From contig CDMY01000562.1 in NCBI GenBank assembly GCA_001179505.1, positions 1 through 64,000 of the forward strand: a stretch of DNA of 64,000 nucleotides. Direction: 5' to 3'. This DNA is from Vitrella brassicaformis CCMP3155. Its lineage: Eukaryota > Protista > Chromerida. The notes below the pieces were generated by a model that had not been told where the DNA came from, did not search any database, and saw only the letters and a list, made by a program, of their open reading frames with translations. A program made the position numbers and the translations under genes. How positions within the stretch are numbered: the stretch's first letter is position 1; every line of letters begins with the position of its first letter. Shown in pieces: positions 36,554-49,002 of the stretch.

Positions 36554-38604
36554 ATGGATAGTGCTCAAGCTCCGGAACCAAAACGACTCAAGAGAGATGC
36601 TCAGCCTGGTGAGCAACAATCAAGCAGGAGAAAGGGCCACACTTGTGAGCACTCATCACCTGTGTGTGGGGTGTGTGTGTGTGTGTGCAGCTGGAGCAAG
36701 GAAGATATCCGTTGCAGACCTTGTGCCCCTCGCTGCAGGACTGCCTGCAGCGAGAGGAGTGCCTTCCATCGAGCTGACAAAGACGGATTCTCATGAGTTC
36801 ATCGGCCACAAGTATCGGGACGACATGCTGGAGCATATCAAGAGTTTCTGCGACCTGGAGAGCGGCTCACCGCGCGGCCCTCAGCCCCGGAGCGACAACC
36901 AGAATGCCCTCCCTACGCGAATCCCTCCTATGGCCCTCACTCGTCATCCTTCAGGAGGCAAGACGAGGACGCTTAAGGAGATTGGCCTCGCGCTTCGCAA
37001 GCAGGACATCTTCTCCCTCTTCATCACATTCAGCGACCTCACTCAGTATGATGCTGCAATCGAGCGGGACCGCACATGGCTGCAGTCGCTGCTTTTGCGC
37101 ATCGGCTGGGCGGCTGCCAGGGACGACGTGCGGGGGAGTGTAGGGGACGACTTCTCAAGGTGGCTGACCGAAGTGGACGTTACCAAGGACACCATTTGCA
37201 AGTGGCTAGGTGATGCCGTCTGCGTCCTTCTTGTTGATGAGCTGAATAAATTGATGGTGGGAGAAGGCCGACAGCAATTTCCTGATGAGGGAGCGATCGC
37301 GGCGGAATTTCTTCGGGCAGAGTTCGTCGACAAGCGTGGCCGCTATCTCGTATTCTCAAGCCACTTCACAGAGACGGGCACGAAGCTCACGGTGTTCATG
37401 GAGAGTCTAAGCAATCGGGATGTCCTTCGCCCCCTCTTGCCGGTGATCACATCTGTTGATCAAGCGGCCGTCCTCAGCCAGGAGGCCGCCTCGGCTCCCA
37501 AGCTATATTATCTTGGATTGACACCCGCCCTAGTTCACAAGGCGTTTGCCGTTGAGAAACGACCCGCTACTTGTGTTGATCAGCTCTTCGACAGGCTCCC
37601 GAAACCGCCCTTCACCAGGGCCACGCTGCGAGCCATGATCATGCTTGCGCTGGACGGAGCTGCGCATCGTGTGGCGGGGTTGGGCGGTTGGGCTGCGGCA
37701 TTGGATGCGTTTGTCGATGACCCACTTCGACTTCCTATCGGGACCCCATCGTACACGTGGTCGCCATGCTTTCTGGCAGCTGCCTGTGAGCAACTTGTTG
37801 GTGTTGGCGAGTTCCGCCAGTCTCTTCGTCAAGGCCTGTGGCGGATCGTCGCCAACCTACGGCAGCTGGCTGAAGCAACAGAAGGGTCCGGCGTGCAGTG
37901 GGAGGGCGTTTGTGCTGCGGCACTCATCCTACGGATGCTGCAGAGCGACGTTGGAGATTATAAACCCTCAAATCTGCATGCAGAAGCCAGAGCAATCCTG
38001 CCTACTGCGGTTCTCAATGGTCGGTGACACACAGATGTGTAAACACAAAAGCTCTGGTCGATAGATACAAATGAGTAGTTCATCAGTCTTTCGTGTTTTG
38101 TGCTGTTCGTGTGGGTGTCATGTCAGGATGTGAATTTGGAGGTGCCTTTCGTCCAACCGACTCAGCTGGCTTCATCGGACCGATTGCTCTCCAAACATCG
38201 CTCTCCTGCGCCGGATGGTCGAGACCGAGATATCAAGACCATCCTACCGGCAGCAGGGGCTCGACAAGGGCATTATGGCGCTTTTTGTACAGCCGGCTGC
38301 CAGCAGTTTTCCTTGGTATGACATGTTCATCTTCGTCTGTTGCGACGGGCGGGTGGAGGAGATCTGGGGGTACCAGTCGAAGACAGGCAGTGGCACTCCT
38401 GCAGACGCGCAGACGTTGGTGTCGAAAGAAGTCGATAAGTCAGTGTGGCTGCGCGGTGATGCAAGTCAAGGAGTGCGGAGGGATAATGGGTGGATCGTCG
38501 CCTCTCGGACAGCAATTGAGGCGTTGTGCGGCTTCAGCTTGAAACGCTCATGCCCTGCCAATTGGCTGTTGGATCCAAGGGTCTGGGAGCGGGACGAGAA
38601 GTAG
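36554..38604 (+). CDS. Crinkler/RHS-type P-loop NTPase + restriction-endonuclease-fold protein (possible frameshift near 38180)
   Basis: N-terminal NLS-like PKRLKR, Walker A-like MALTRHPSGGKT, Walker B VLLVDE, YLVFSSH, GVQWEGVCAAALILR, and C-terminal P-x4-FPWYD...WGYQSK (D...QxK endonuclease-like motif). Introns at about 36619-36690 and 38021-38126. Confidence 0.68.
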
Positions 38605-38890
38605 TCAAGGGTCTGGGCGGGTGGCCAGGTGTTCTTTGGGTGTTCTCGATATGGCCTTCCCTACTGCCCGAACGAGGCGGAGGGGCTGGACCTGGCACAC
38701 CCGCAGACACAAATAGGGTACGCGCATACAGACACACACAGATGATGGCTGTGGCAACGCATCTGCATCTGTGCGTGTGTCTAGACGTGAGAAGGGTCTT
38801 TAGTGGTTCACGTTTCGGCGTTCGTCTCTGTGTCGGCCTCGTCCTTTGGCGCTCCTCAGTCGTCGTCGACGTCGTCCGCCGTCGGGTCTG

Positions 38891-40619
38891 ATGGACAGCG
38901 GTGAGGAGTCGGGCGACGACCCCTTCCTCAGACCACACCGACTGACAACATCCACAAACGTCGAATTAGAAGGTATGCAGCCACACACATACCGACCGTA
39001 TCATTCGTGACATACCGGCGACACAATCACTTTGGCTGTCTGTCTGTCTGTATGTCTGTGTGTGTGTGGGTGTTTCAGTCGACGAGGAGGAGCTTTGCTT
39101 TTCCGGTCGGCATCCATCGGCGCAGACGTCGGACCCTGGTCGGCCAGCCACATAATATACGCACACTCAAGTCAAGTGTGCTCCCTGCACTCACTGTGTG
39201 TGCGCTCGGTTGGGTTGGGTGTGTGCAGCTCTGCAGAGCTTCCACAATACCATGCACGACGCGACGGACGGGTCAGTCGGTGCACTCACGCCCACACGCC
39301 CCTTCTGCTGCACCATGTGTGTGTGTGTGTGTGTGTGTGGATGGGTGCCGCAGTTGGTGGTCGAGGGCACCCGTTCACTGTCGATGGCGATATCTGATCT
39401 GCACGAGCGCGTGCGGCGCCAGAGGAGGGCCTGCGGGGCCGTCATCGTCAACCTTCTCCACCACAGACGTGTCGCAGCAGCTGGTGGAGCTGTGTCAAAA
39501 CAGCACCGGGGAGCAGCCAGACGGGGGTCGCACCCCGAGTGAGCATCAACTCGTACCCTCACTGCCCCCTCCTGAGCTCACCCCAGGAAGCAACAGGTAC
39601 GTGACACAGGGGGGAGGAGGAGCTCACCCGATACATTGCTGAGGTGTGTTGTTTGCCTTGGTGCAGCCCTCTGCCACTTGAGTCGCCTGTGGCTGCGTTG
39701 GTGGACGAGTTGGACCGGTGCGGTGCGAGACTGATCTTTCTGCGAGAATAGCGAGGGCACGCGAGCACCTGCAATACATACACCACAACGTCGACGAGTG
39801 AGCGCGCTGCATGTACACATACACCGATGGAAGAGCAGGCAACGACGAGGCTTTGCTTCAGTCTGATTGTAGCTGTTGGTGAGGCTGCCTTGCGAGGGGA
39901 GACTGAAGGACCTACAACGAGACAACCAAGAGCTCGTACAGCGCGATGCAGACCGGTGCGCTGACAAACGGATCTACACACATGACCCCCTCCATCCATT
40001 TGTCTGCCCGTGTCTGTCTGCCTTGGGTGCGAGTCTATTCAGGCTGACCAAGGCGAAGCTCAACACATTCACGTAGGTGGCCGACGTCATGCAGTTCCAG
40101 CATGCGGCGAGCAACGAGAGCAGACGCCTGCAAGCCCTTAAAGACCGATCCCACGAGCATCTCACGAGGCCTCATGATGAGTCCTTCAAGCGTGACGTGG
40201 AGCGGCGTATCGCGGCGCGCGACAGGGAGGCAGCTGAGCAGCTGCGACAGTACGAGGAGGCAACAGAGACAAGGGTACGAGAGATCCAATCGGACATGCA
40301 GGCGCAGCTGGAGGAGGAGCGGGCCAAGCGTGAGGAGGAGCTCAGGGCCAAGGCCAAGAGCACGTGAGGTGATATTCATGACTTGTCGCCACAATAGTGC
40401 ATCTGCAGAGGTGGGTCAACATATGAAGTCTGTGTGTGGTGGTCAGGGGCAGGCAGGCATCTTTTGTGTGTGTGTGTGTGTGTGTGTGTAGGCTGTTTCG
40501 AGCGAATGAAGAAGGAGTACACCAGCAAGAAGCCGTCGTGTCCAATCTGCCGAAAGCCTGGACATTCGGGCCTCGTTTGGGAACAGGGGTGGCACTCCGA
40601 TGACTGCCTGACTGACTGA
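38891..40619 (+). pseudogene. Decayed coiled-coil + C-terminal RING-finger gene
   Basis: Exon 1 is MDSGEESGDDPF...ELE|. Stops follow in later exons. Coiled-coil ...EQLRQYEEATETRVREIQSDMQAQLEEERAKREEE. Half-RING VIFMTCRH...|CFERM...PSCPICRK lacks the first CxxC and is in a shifted frame. Confidence 0.45.
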
Positions 40620-41338
40620 CTGCCTGACTGACTGAGAGCAGGCGGCGTATGAGCGGGCGATGTGTGTGCTGTGTTGTTTTCTGTGTCCGAGTGCCGTGCG
40701 TTAAACGTTTTATGTGTCTAGTAGGTCTATCTAGCTATAGATGTATCTGTGCCATACACATGTCTGTATGCATACGTATATGTATACATCGATGCACACA
40801 GGGGTCGTGTCTCTTTTTTGATCGGAACACATTGTGGCCCGATTAATGGCGTGTGAGAGTCAATTACATAATGGCTGCACTCTTCGTTATGGCGCATGAC
40901 GAACACTCAGTGATATTCGGGTCTCACTTTCCCTACCGATTCGCCCTCCCTCCCTTCAAATGCACCGACCATGTCGTCACACGGGACAATGGGTACAGGT
41001 GAGGCCGCACTTCATTTGGCAATGGCTGTGGAGGGAGCCGTACGTCCATGTCTCTCTCTTCACTTCGATTTGTGCATCAATGATTGACACGTCGATGGTT
41101 GTTCGTGCCCTCCGATCCGACATAGGTCAACACAATGTGTATCGTCCCCTCTTCTCTGTCTCGTCCGCACAGGCTGTCCCAATCATACAAGCTTCCTTCC
41201 ATCTCGTCGGCCGTTCGAATTAAAAAGAAAAGAAGCACTCTCATCAATACCGAACCGTGTCGATGAAAAGTATGAGACGAGAGACATAGAAACGCTCACT
41301 CGATCACTCAGAAGGGTGCGTGTGTTGTCTGTCTTCTT

Positions 41339-44062
41339 TTAGCCCACAGCGTTGTGCTCGAGGAGGAAGGCGCTGACGGTGCCGACGGGGGTTCCATCGG
41401 ACAGAAGAATTGAGCTGTCAAACACGGTTTTCCGTTTTTCCTGGGATGATGGCATCGTCCTTCTCGATGAAGTCGGAGTCGGAGCTGAAAAGTTCAAGTC
41501 CGATCTCCACCTGCATGATTCGTAATAAGGCATTCACACATGCAGAGAAGCTACCTTTTCTGCTCAATGACTCACCCACCTGCCACACAGTGATGTCGGC
41601 ATTTTGGGGGAGTGATGTGTCCTTCTTGAACAGAAAGCGGCCAAACGCCGAATTGCGGGTGCAGCTTTCGTAGCTTTTGCAGATGGGTTTGTTGTTTTTC
41701 TAAGTAAGACATTCCATGATGAATGCGATATCTATGTGTGAGCTCCGCACGGACCTTGAGGTTTGCCGGAGTGATAGAGGTTGTGCCAACCCGCTTGAGA
41801 GCGTCACGGAGAGAGACTCTAGGGCCCGAGTTGGCGAACGTGGCGCCCACAAGCCTGCATTGTGCAGCCGCCAGGAACAAAACATTCAGTTCATATGAGT
41901 CAGAGGCGTATTCACCTACAATAGACGCTGGTAATCCTGAGCTATACCCAAATTCTCCTCAAATCTGCCCATCATGGGACCCAGCTGCATTAAGTAGCGC
42001 AATAACATGCAATCAACCTGGACAGCGTCTCTTACCTGCTTCCTGATTTCGAAGTCCGAATCTTTTTGCTGAGGGTCTTGCATGAGCTCGATGCAGATAT
42101 CGATGTAGAAATTACCTGGGGGGTAGGTCTGAGAAGTTTAAAGCACACATCCATATGGGAACGCAGTGTGGCACCAATGGCGATATCGCACCCTGTCGAG
42201 GTGGTCCCGTGTCGGAGACACAGTGCATATGATGTCGATGTCCTGGCCTTGTGCCCCCGTGAAGAAGAGGTAATTCAAAGAGGCCGTGTTCGTCTCGACT
42301 GCAGTTGGCGGCAGGAGCAGCTGACTCAGGTCATACTTGGTGATTGTGGCGTCAAACTTGCGAACAGCATACGGCTCTTCTAGGCAGGCCTTGGCGATGA
42401 TGTGGATAGGCAGCACAGCAGGCAGCAGAAGGGAAGCGGCTTTGAAGGGGTCGAACTTGAAATCTGAGAGGGCAGTGCCAACAGCGTCTTCCAAGACCTG
42501 CAGACATGCAGCACATGTGAATGACAAGATGCACAACACATATCGTGCGCGGCAGCTTTCGCCCCACTTTGATCATGCAGAGGAGCTGGTGAGCGACACT
42601 TTTACGCTTAAACGGCTTCGATGGCAATGCCTCCTTAGACTGAGGCTCCTTCTGTTGGACACACGACTTGACAGACTGCCGTAAGTCCGGCACAGCCTCG
42701 ATAATCGTGGTGATACTCTCTTTCTGCAGTTTGTCGGCAAGGTGCTTTCCCCGGCGACTGCTTGCGATCGGTGCATTTTAGTCACTGCTGAGCATCAGGT
42801 TACGCTGCAGTGTGTCGTAAGCGTTGGTTTTCTTGCATTAATAGGAAAAGGGAGATAAGGGTCAATCCGTGTTGCTTTTCGAAGTTGATTTCCATACCGA
42901 GGACAGGGCTGTGAACGCCTTTTCGTAGTCGAACTCCCTCTCTACCTGCTCGACGTTATAGGAGAATCCGTAGCTCTGCACAGCGACATACAGAGGACAC
43001 CTTTCGAAGCGCTTTCACATCCCCGTTCAGCCGAGACGTACCATGTACCAGAAAGCAAAGTTCTTGAGATACACACACAGAGGGAGACGCGCAATGAGCG
43101 CGAATGAAGTGCTCTTCTTTCTCTCTGTCTCTCTGTGTCTCTCTCTGTCTCTCTCTGTCTCTCTCTTTGTGTGTGTGTGTGCGTGCGTGTCTGTGTGTGT
43201 GTATGTGTATCAGCTGATCAACGCACTCTCAATAGATACAGCTCTTTGATGCTGCTGCCATCCTCCAAGGACGCTTCCGGGCAGCCCCTGCAAAACAGAG
43301 AGACGGGATTGGCATGAGAGACATGGGTATCGGGCGCGCAGCCAATCTCACCAATGCGGTCCGAATCTATCAACCCAGGCAAGGTTCACGACCAGCAACG
43401 CCGACCCGGAGATGTCCGACTGCTGCCGAGCGATGTTAGCCACGTGACAAGGCTTGTCTGTGTGAGTTTCGACGCTGTGTATGTTGTCCGGCATGATAAA
43501 GATCGATCCCTGGATTCCTGGGCCGTACTCCATGCTGTAGGTATAGATGTCGTTGATGTGCGTGATGAAGATCTGCAATGCCAGTTCTCCTGAAAGCCGA
43601 AGCCTACAGGCATAAGACACACACATACACATTAGTTAAGTGACTGAGACAGACAACAACATGAAACTCTGTCCTAGCTGCTTCCCGCGCTTTGTCTTAC
43701 ATCATCGGAGACCAGCTGTCAAAGTTTTTCCGCATGTATGCTGTAACAGAGAGGGAGAGCTTCAGGTGAGTGGCTCCTTTGATAGGTCCCGTCATTTTGC
43801 TCTGCCACGGATCAGGTATCTGGACGTGGCAAGTCATGTTCAGCGCTCTGTCAGGGTTATGAGGGCTGTACAGCATCGATCGGTAGGCGTCACCGTCGTC
43901 GACCACTGATCTGCACAAGGGGTCATCATCCAGTGGCAAGTTCTCGTCGGCAACATGCACAGGCTGGGTTCCAGCCTCGCCTCGGCCAACAACTTGAAGA
44001 ACTGTGTCAGCCCGAGCTGCGGCGAACGCTGTCGAGAGCAACAGCAGGAGAGCAGCCGCCAT
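41339..44062 (-). pseudogene. Multi-exon secreted-protein gene; 5' exons intact, 3' part disrupted
   Basis: Signal peptide MAAALLLLLSTAFAAARA. Exons splice in frame (...WSPM|MLRLSGE...GPH|WGCPEA...). Downstream protein-like frames (SYGFSYNVEQ, KLQKESITTII...MIK|VLEDAVG...) contain stops and frameshifts. The 3' boundary is approximate. Confidence 0.45.
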
Positions 44063-44363
44063 TGCGTGACGCGCGGACAGGCGGGGGCGCGAAGACAGGG
44101 GGCTGCATGCATCTTGAGACGTGGCCCACGTCTCGTGTAAATAAACGGCCAAGCTAATGGGAGGGGTTGACGGAATCACAAAGTCCGCCTCCCATCAGCT
44201 GCCTTCAGTGAGCGTAGGGGGACAAGTGTGTAGCATTCATGCACGTCCATGGTCTCGCCTTCAGCTCGCATCTGCGAGCTTCTTTGCAGATCTCTTCTGA
44301 AGAAGCGGCGAATTCAGTCAAGCACCTCTCGGTCGCAGTTCTGCTGACCACTACTCAGCAAGA

Positions 44364-47323
44364 ATGTGGATCACCGAATCCCCCGCCGTCCTTCAGCTGT
44401 TACTGTGGCTGTCATCCTACTTGGCCACCACATCTACCCTTGCGGAGCGCCTCACCATCCCGCACACAACCGTCCTACACAGCCGTGGCGCCAACCCATG
44501 GCCATCCCACCCCGTCGGTGAGGTCGCAGCCGACGACGACAGGCCGACGCACAAGATGCCTCCCACCGTCCCCCGCGACCCACACAGGTTCTGGCGCCGG
44601 CTGCGGTCGTTTGGCAACATCGTGAGGTCGACCGAGGGCTCGTTGGACGTGCCGTCCCGTCGCGTGGCTCAGGTGCGTCAGGTGGTTGAGCCAGTGCCCG
44701 AGACCTTCTACTACATCATGGACATCCTCAACGCCAAGGTGTATGACGTCGTCAGCGAGACCCCGCTGGACCGGGCCCCCAACCTCTCCAAGAAGATCGG
44801 CAACACGGTGCTCCTCAAGCGGGAGGACCTGCAGCCCGTCTTCTCTTTCAAGATCCGAGGGGCCTACAACAAGATCCGCTCCCTCACCGCCGAGCAGCGC
44901 GCCAAGGGCATCATAGCCTGCTCGGCGGGCAATCACGCGCAGGGGGTGGCGTACAGCGCCAAGAAGCTGGGGATATCGGCCAAGATCTACATGCCCGAGA
45001 TCACGCCGTCCATCAAGGTCAACGCCGTGCGGTCCTACGGGAGCGGGGTGGAGGTGATACTGGTGGGGAGCAACTTCGACGAGGCCTTTGCCGCCTGCAT
45101 GGAGTGCGCCAGGCGGGAGGGCAGGACGCTCATCCACCCATTTGATGACCCACTGGTCATTGCTGGCCAAGGTGAGAAAGAGAATCGGACAGCACCCCAC
45201 CCATGTGTGTGTGTGTGTGTGTGTGTGTCAGGCACGATAGGGATGGAGGTGCTGAAGCAGACGACATCTCAGCCGATCGACGGCATCTTCATCTGCTGCG
45301 GCGGCGGCGGGCTGCTCAGCGGCGTGGGCGCATTCATCAAGGCCGTCGCGCCACACATCAAAATCTACGGCGTCGAAACCGCTGATGCTGCTGGTAGGCA
45401 ACTCTATCACCGTCATTCGGTCCCTCAGTCAGTCAGTCAAATCAAGAGAGCGAAGTGGATGGATGGGCGGGCCTGTGTGGGTATGTGTTGTGTGTGCGTG
45501 TGTAGCGATGACAGAGAGCCTGAAGGCGTGTCGTTTGGTGGAGTTGGACACGGTGGGCACCTTTGCCGACGGGGCGGCCGTCCGCAGAGTGGGCGCCAAC
45601 ACTTTCAAAGTCTGCCAGGTGCGTCCACACGTCCACACGTCCACACATCCACACACACAGACACACAGACACACGCACACACGTGCACATCGACGACATG
45701 TGTGATTGGGGTGAATGGGATGAATGTGACTACAGGAGGTAGTGGACGAGATGATCACTGTGAGCACGGACGAGGTGTGTGCGGCCATCAAGGACGCTTT
45801 CACAGACATCAGGGTCGTCCTGGAGCCTGCGGGGGCACTCGCTATCGGTACACACACAACACAGAGACAGAGAGAGGGGGATGGATGGCTGTGTGTCGGT
45901 TCAGCTGGCATGAAGAGCTTCGTTGAGCGGACGGGCGCCAAAGGGAAGACATTCGTGGCCATCGCATCCGGTGCACACACAGACAGACAGAGACACACAC
46001 AGAGAGATCCTTCCATCCATTCATCTGAGCACTCACTCTGTCATCCATCGTGATCGCTATATGGTCAGGTGCCAACATGGACTTCGACCGTCTCCGGTTC
46101 GTGTCTGAGCGGGCAGACACGTCCGAGTCGCTCGTCTCGGTCATCGTACCGGAAAGGCCCGGCACCTTCAGACAGCTGTACGACATCATCTACCCACGGT
46201 ACGGTACGCTGCGTACCCTCCCCCCCCACACACACAACCCAATTCCCCTGCATGTGCATCGTCGTCGTCTCTCTCTCTCTCTTTCTCTGTGTGTGTGTGT
46301 GTTGCAGTGAGGTGACAGAGTTCAGTTATCGGCTGTGCAGCCAGCCCGAGGACGTCAAGGGGTCGGGCAATGGCAACGGCAACGGGGCGGCAGCCAGGGC
46401 CGCCAACCAGGCGCACATAATGATGAGCTACAGACCCAAAAACAGAAAAGACGAACAGGATGTAAGCACAGCACACACATAGTTTAAACCCCCCCGCGCA
46501 GCACACACACGCCTTAATGGATGGATGGATGGATGCGGTGCATGGCCATGTGTGCAGGTGGAGAACAAGCTGAGGCGGGCGGGGTTCATCACCATGAACC
46601 TCAACTCAAATGAACTTGCAAAGGTACACACACACGTGTCTGGACCATCCCTCCCCTCCCTGCGGTCATCCATCCATCCATCCCTCCATCCGTCCATTCC
46701 CGTGTGCTTCTACCCTACCCAGACCCACGGTCGTCACCTGGTGGGTGGCCGCGCCCCGCTGGCCAAGGACGAGGTGCTTTATCGAGTGGAGTTCCCCGAA
46801 AAGCCCGGCGCTCTGCGGAAATTCCTCTACTCATTGAGCTCCAAGCGGAACATTTCCCTGTTCCATTACAGGTCACACACACACTCAACCAACACAGAGG
46901 GCGAGGGGAGATGCCGCCAGGGGGCAGTGCAGTGTGGGTGGCTGTGAATGAATATGGTTGTGATGTGATGTGATGTGATGCTGTGTGTGCAGGAACCATG
47001 GTTCTGACATCGGGCGTGTGTTGGTGGGCATCCAGGTGCCCCCAGAGCACAGGGGAGAGTTCCAGGTCAGTCAGCCACACAGCCACACAGTCACGTCATG
47101 CACTCACACAGACAGACAGACAAGCATACGGCCCTCCCTCCTCTCTCTCCCTGCTTTGTTTGTTTGGTTCATTCAGGACACGTTGCACACATTGCAGGCG
47201 GCGGGGTACCAGTGGATAGAGGAGACCTACAACCCCGTCTACAGGCAATTCCTCAGCAACAGAACCGCACCACCCAAGGGACGGCGCAAGACACCAACTT
47301 CTGCAAGGACAACCGACGCATGA
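44364..47323 (+). CDS. ilvA: Biosynthetic threonine dehydratase (threonine ammonia-lyase), predicted plastid-targeted
   Basis: [20 protein letters not shown] (PLP-binding Lys), [25 protein letters not shown]|[30 protein letters not shown] and [16 protein letters not shown]. Two C-terminal ACT-like repeats (PERPGTF; FPEKPGAL; FHYRNHG). Signal + transit leader. Confidence 0.96.
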
Positions 47324-49002
47324 AGCAAGAAAGAAAGAAAGAAACAAGTTACCGGTCGGAGAGAGAGATGACGAGGGGGGGGAGGGGGGTGCGTGTGTCT
47401 GAATGCCTGGGTGGGTGTCTTCCTGCTTGCGTGGGTGTCTACTACTATTTATGGGCTGGCTGGCCGGCTGGCCGTCCGGCCGTGTACATAAGAAGGAGTG
47501 AGCACAAAGCGAGAGAACGAATATTAATGTGCGTGTAGAGGGAGGGGAGGCAGTTAGTCAGTGGATAAGACAGACAACCTAACCTAACCTGTGTGTGTGT
47601 GTGTGTGTGCGGTTGGTGATAGCTATCAGCTAGCCCATAATGAATTCCTTCCTTACCGTTCCTTCCCTCCCTCCCTCCCTCCCTCCCTATACACCAACTT
47701 GCTGGAGGGAGTGCCTGAGTAAGTATGTGTTGATTGATTGGCCTGTTGATTGATTGATTGTACCATAACCGACGGACAGACAGACAGAGGGCCTCTCTCT
47801 GTGTGGTCGGTTTTGTGTTGACACACGGACGCACAGACAGGGATGGATGGATGGATGGAGGGATGAGGGGATGGGCGCACTTCAGTTTTGACCCCACCTC
47901 TGTCTGCCAGTTCCCATGAGTGAGTTGATCTGTGTTGTGTCGTGTTGTGTTGTGTTGTGTTCGTGCGTGTGTGTGAGTTGGAAGGAGAGAGGGGAGGGGG
48001 CTGTGTAGGATGGATGGACGGTAAGCAGTGAGTGCTCACAGCTGAGCTGCACCAATCAACAACATGTACTGCTTACTACTTCGACAGCAGCTGCTGACCC
48101 TCACTCATTGCCACTGTGTTCTTGCTTCCTCATGCCATGCGACAGATAGTCATTCACGCGATTGCACTCGTGGGTGCGGCACACTCTCATACAGACACTC
48201 TTTCTTTCAGTTATTCAGTCATTCACTGCGCTGAATGAATGACTGACTGACTGAAAAAGTGTGTGGCGTGCGTGTGTGTGTGTGACACTCGTTTGTCTGT
48301 CACCCATGCTATGCAATATGTATGAAATGCGATGAATCCACCGATCGATCCGATCAGACACCCACCCACCCACCCCACCGAACGAACAAACAAATAAGAC
48401 GCGGGGCGTCCTCCCCCCACCCCACCCCTGGTTGTTTCTGTCAAGTCCGTCCATTCCTCTACTTGCGCGATGCGGCTGGTGCGCTCCGTGCACCCTCTCT
48501 CTCCTCTCGCACAGTGTGTGTGTCCCTCCTCAATCTTGGGAAAAATAGAATATAGTTGCTACTGCGGACAGACAGAAAAAAGGCCCCCTCCCTGCAAAGC
48601 GGTTAGTTCTCCCCGACGCACGACACACACACACACACACACACACGAGCGACAGAAGCGAAATCCCCCACCCACCATCAGTCACAAAACCCCAAGGACA
48701 CCACGTGCCACGCCACGCCACGCCACGCAGCGCAGCACAGCGCAACACACGACACACAATTGTTGCCAGCTGACGCATACACGCACACACACACACACAC
48801 AAACCGCCCTCGCGGCCCCTGTTCTGCTCTCTTCACTCACTCACAGAAAAAAGGCAGCAGAGGAAAAAAGCGCTCTCTCCTCTCTCTCTCTCTCTCCTTC
48901 TGCACCCACCAAAACACACACGCACGCAGACACGCAAATTCCCTCCCCCTCCCTACCTCTCCCTCCCTCCCTCCCTCTCTGTCTGTCTGTCTGTCTGCCT
49001 GC

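Noticed and set aside
40850-43000. Retrotransposon or DNA transposon
   Set aside because: No RT (YxDD), integrase/transposase DDE, LTR or TIR was recognised. The frames read better as decayed exons of the upstream secreted gene.
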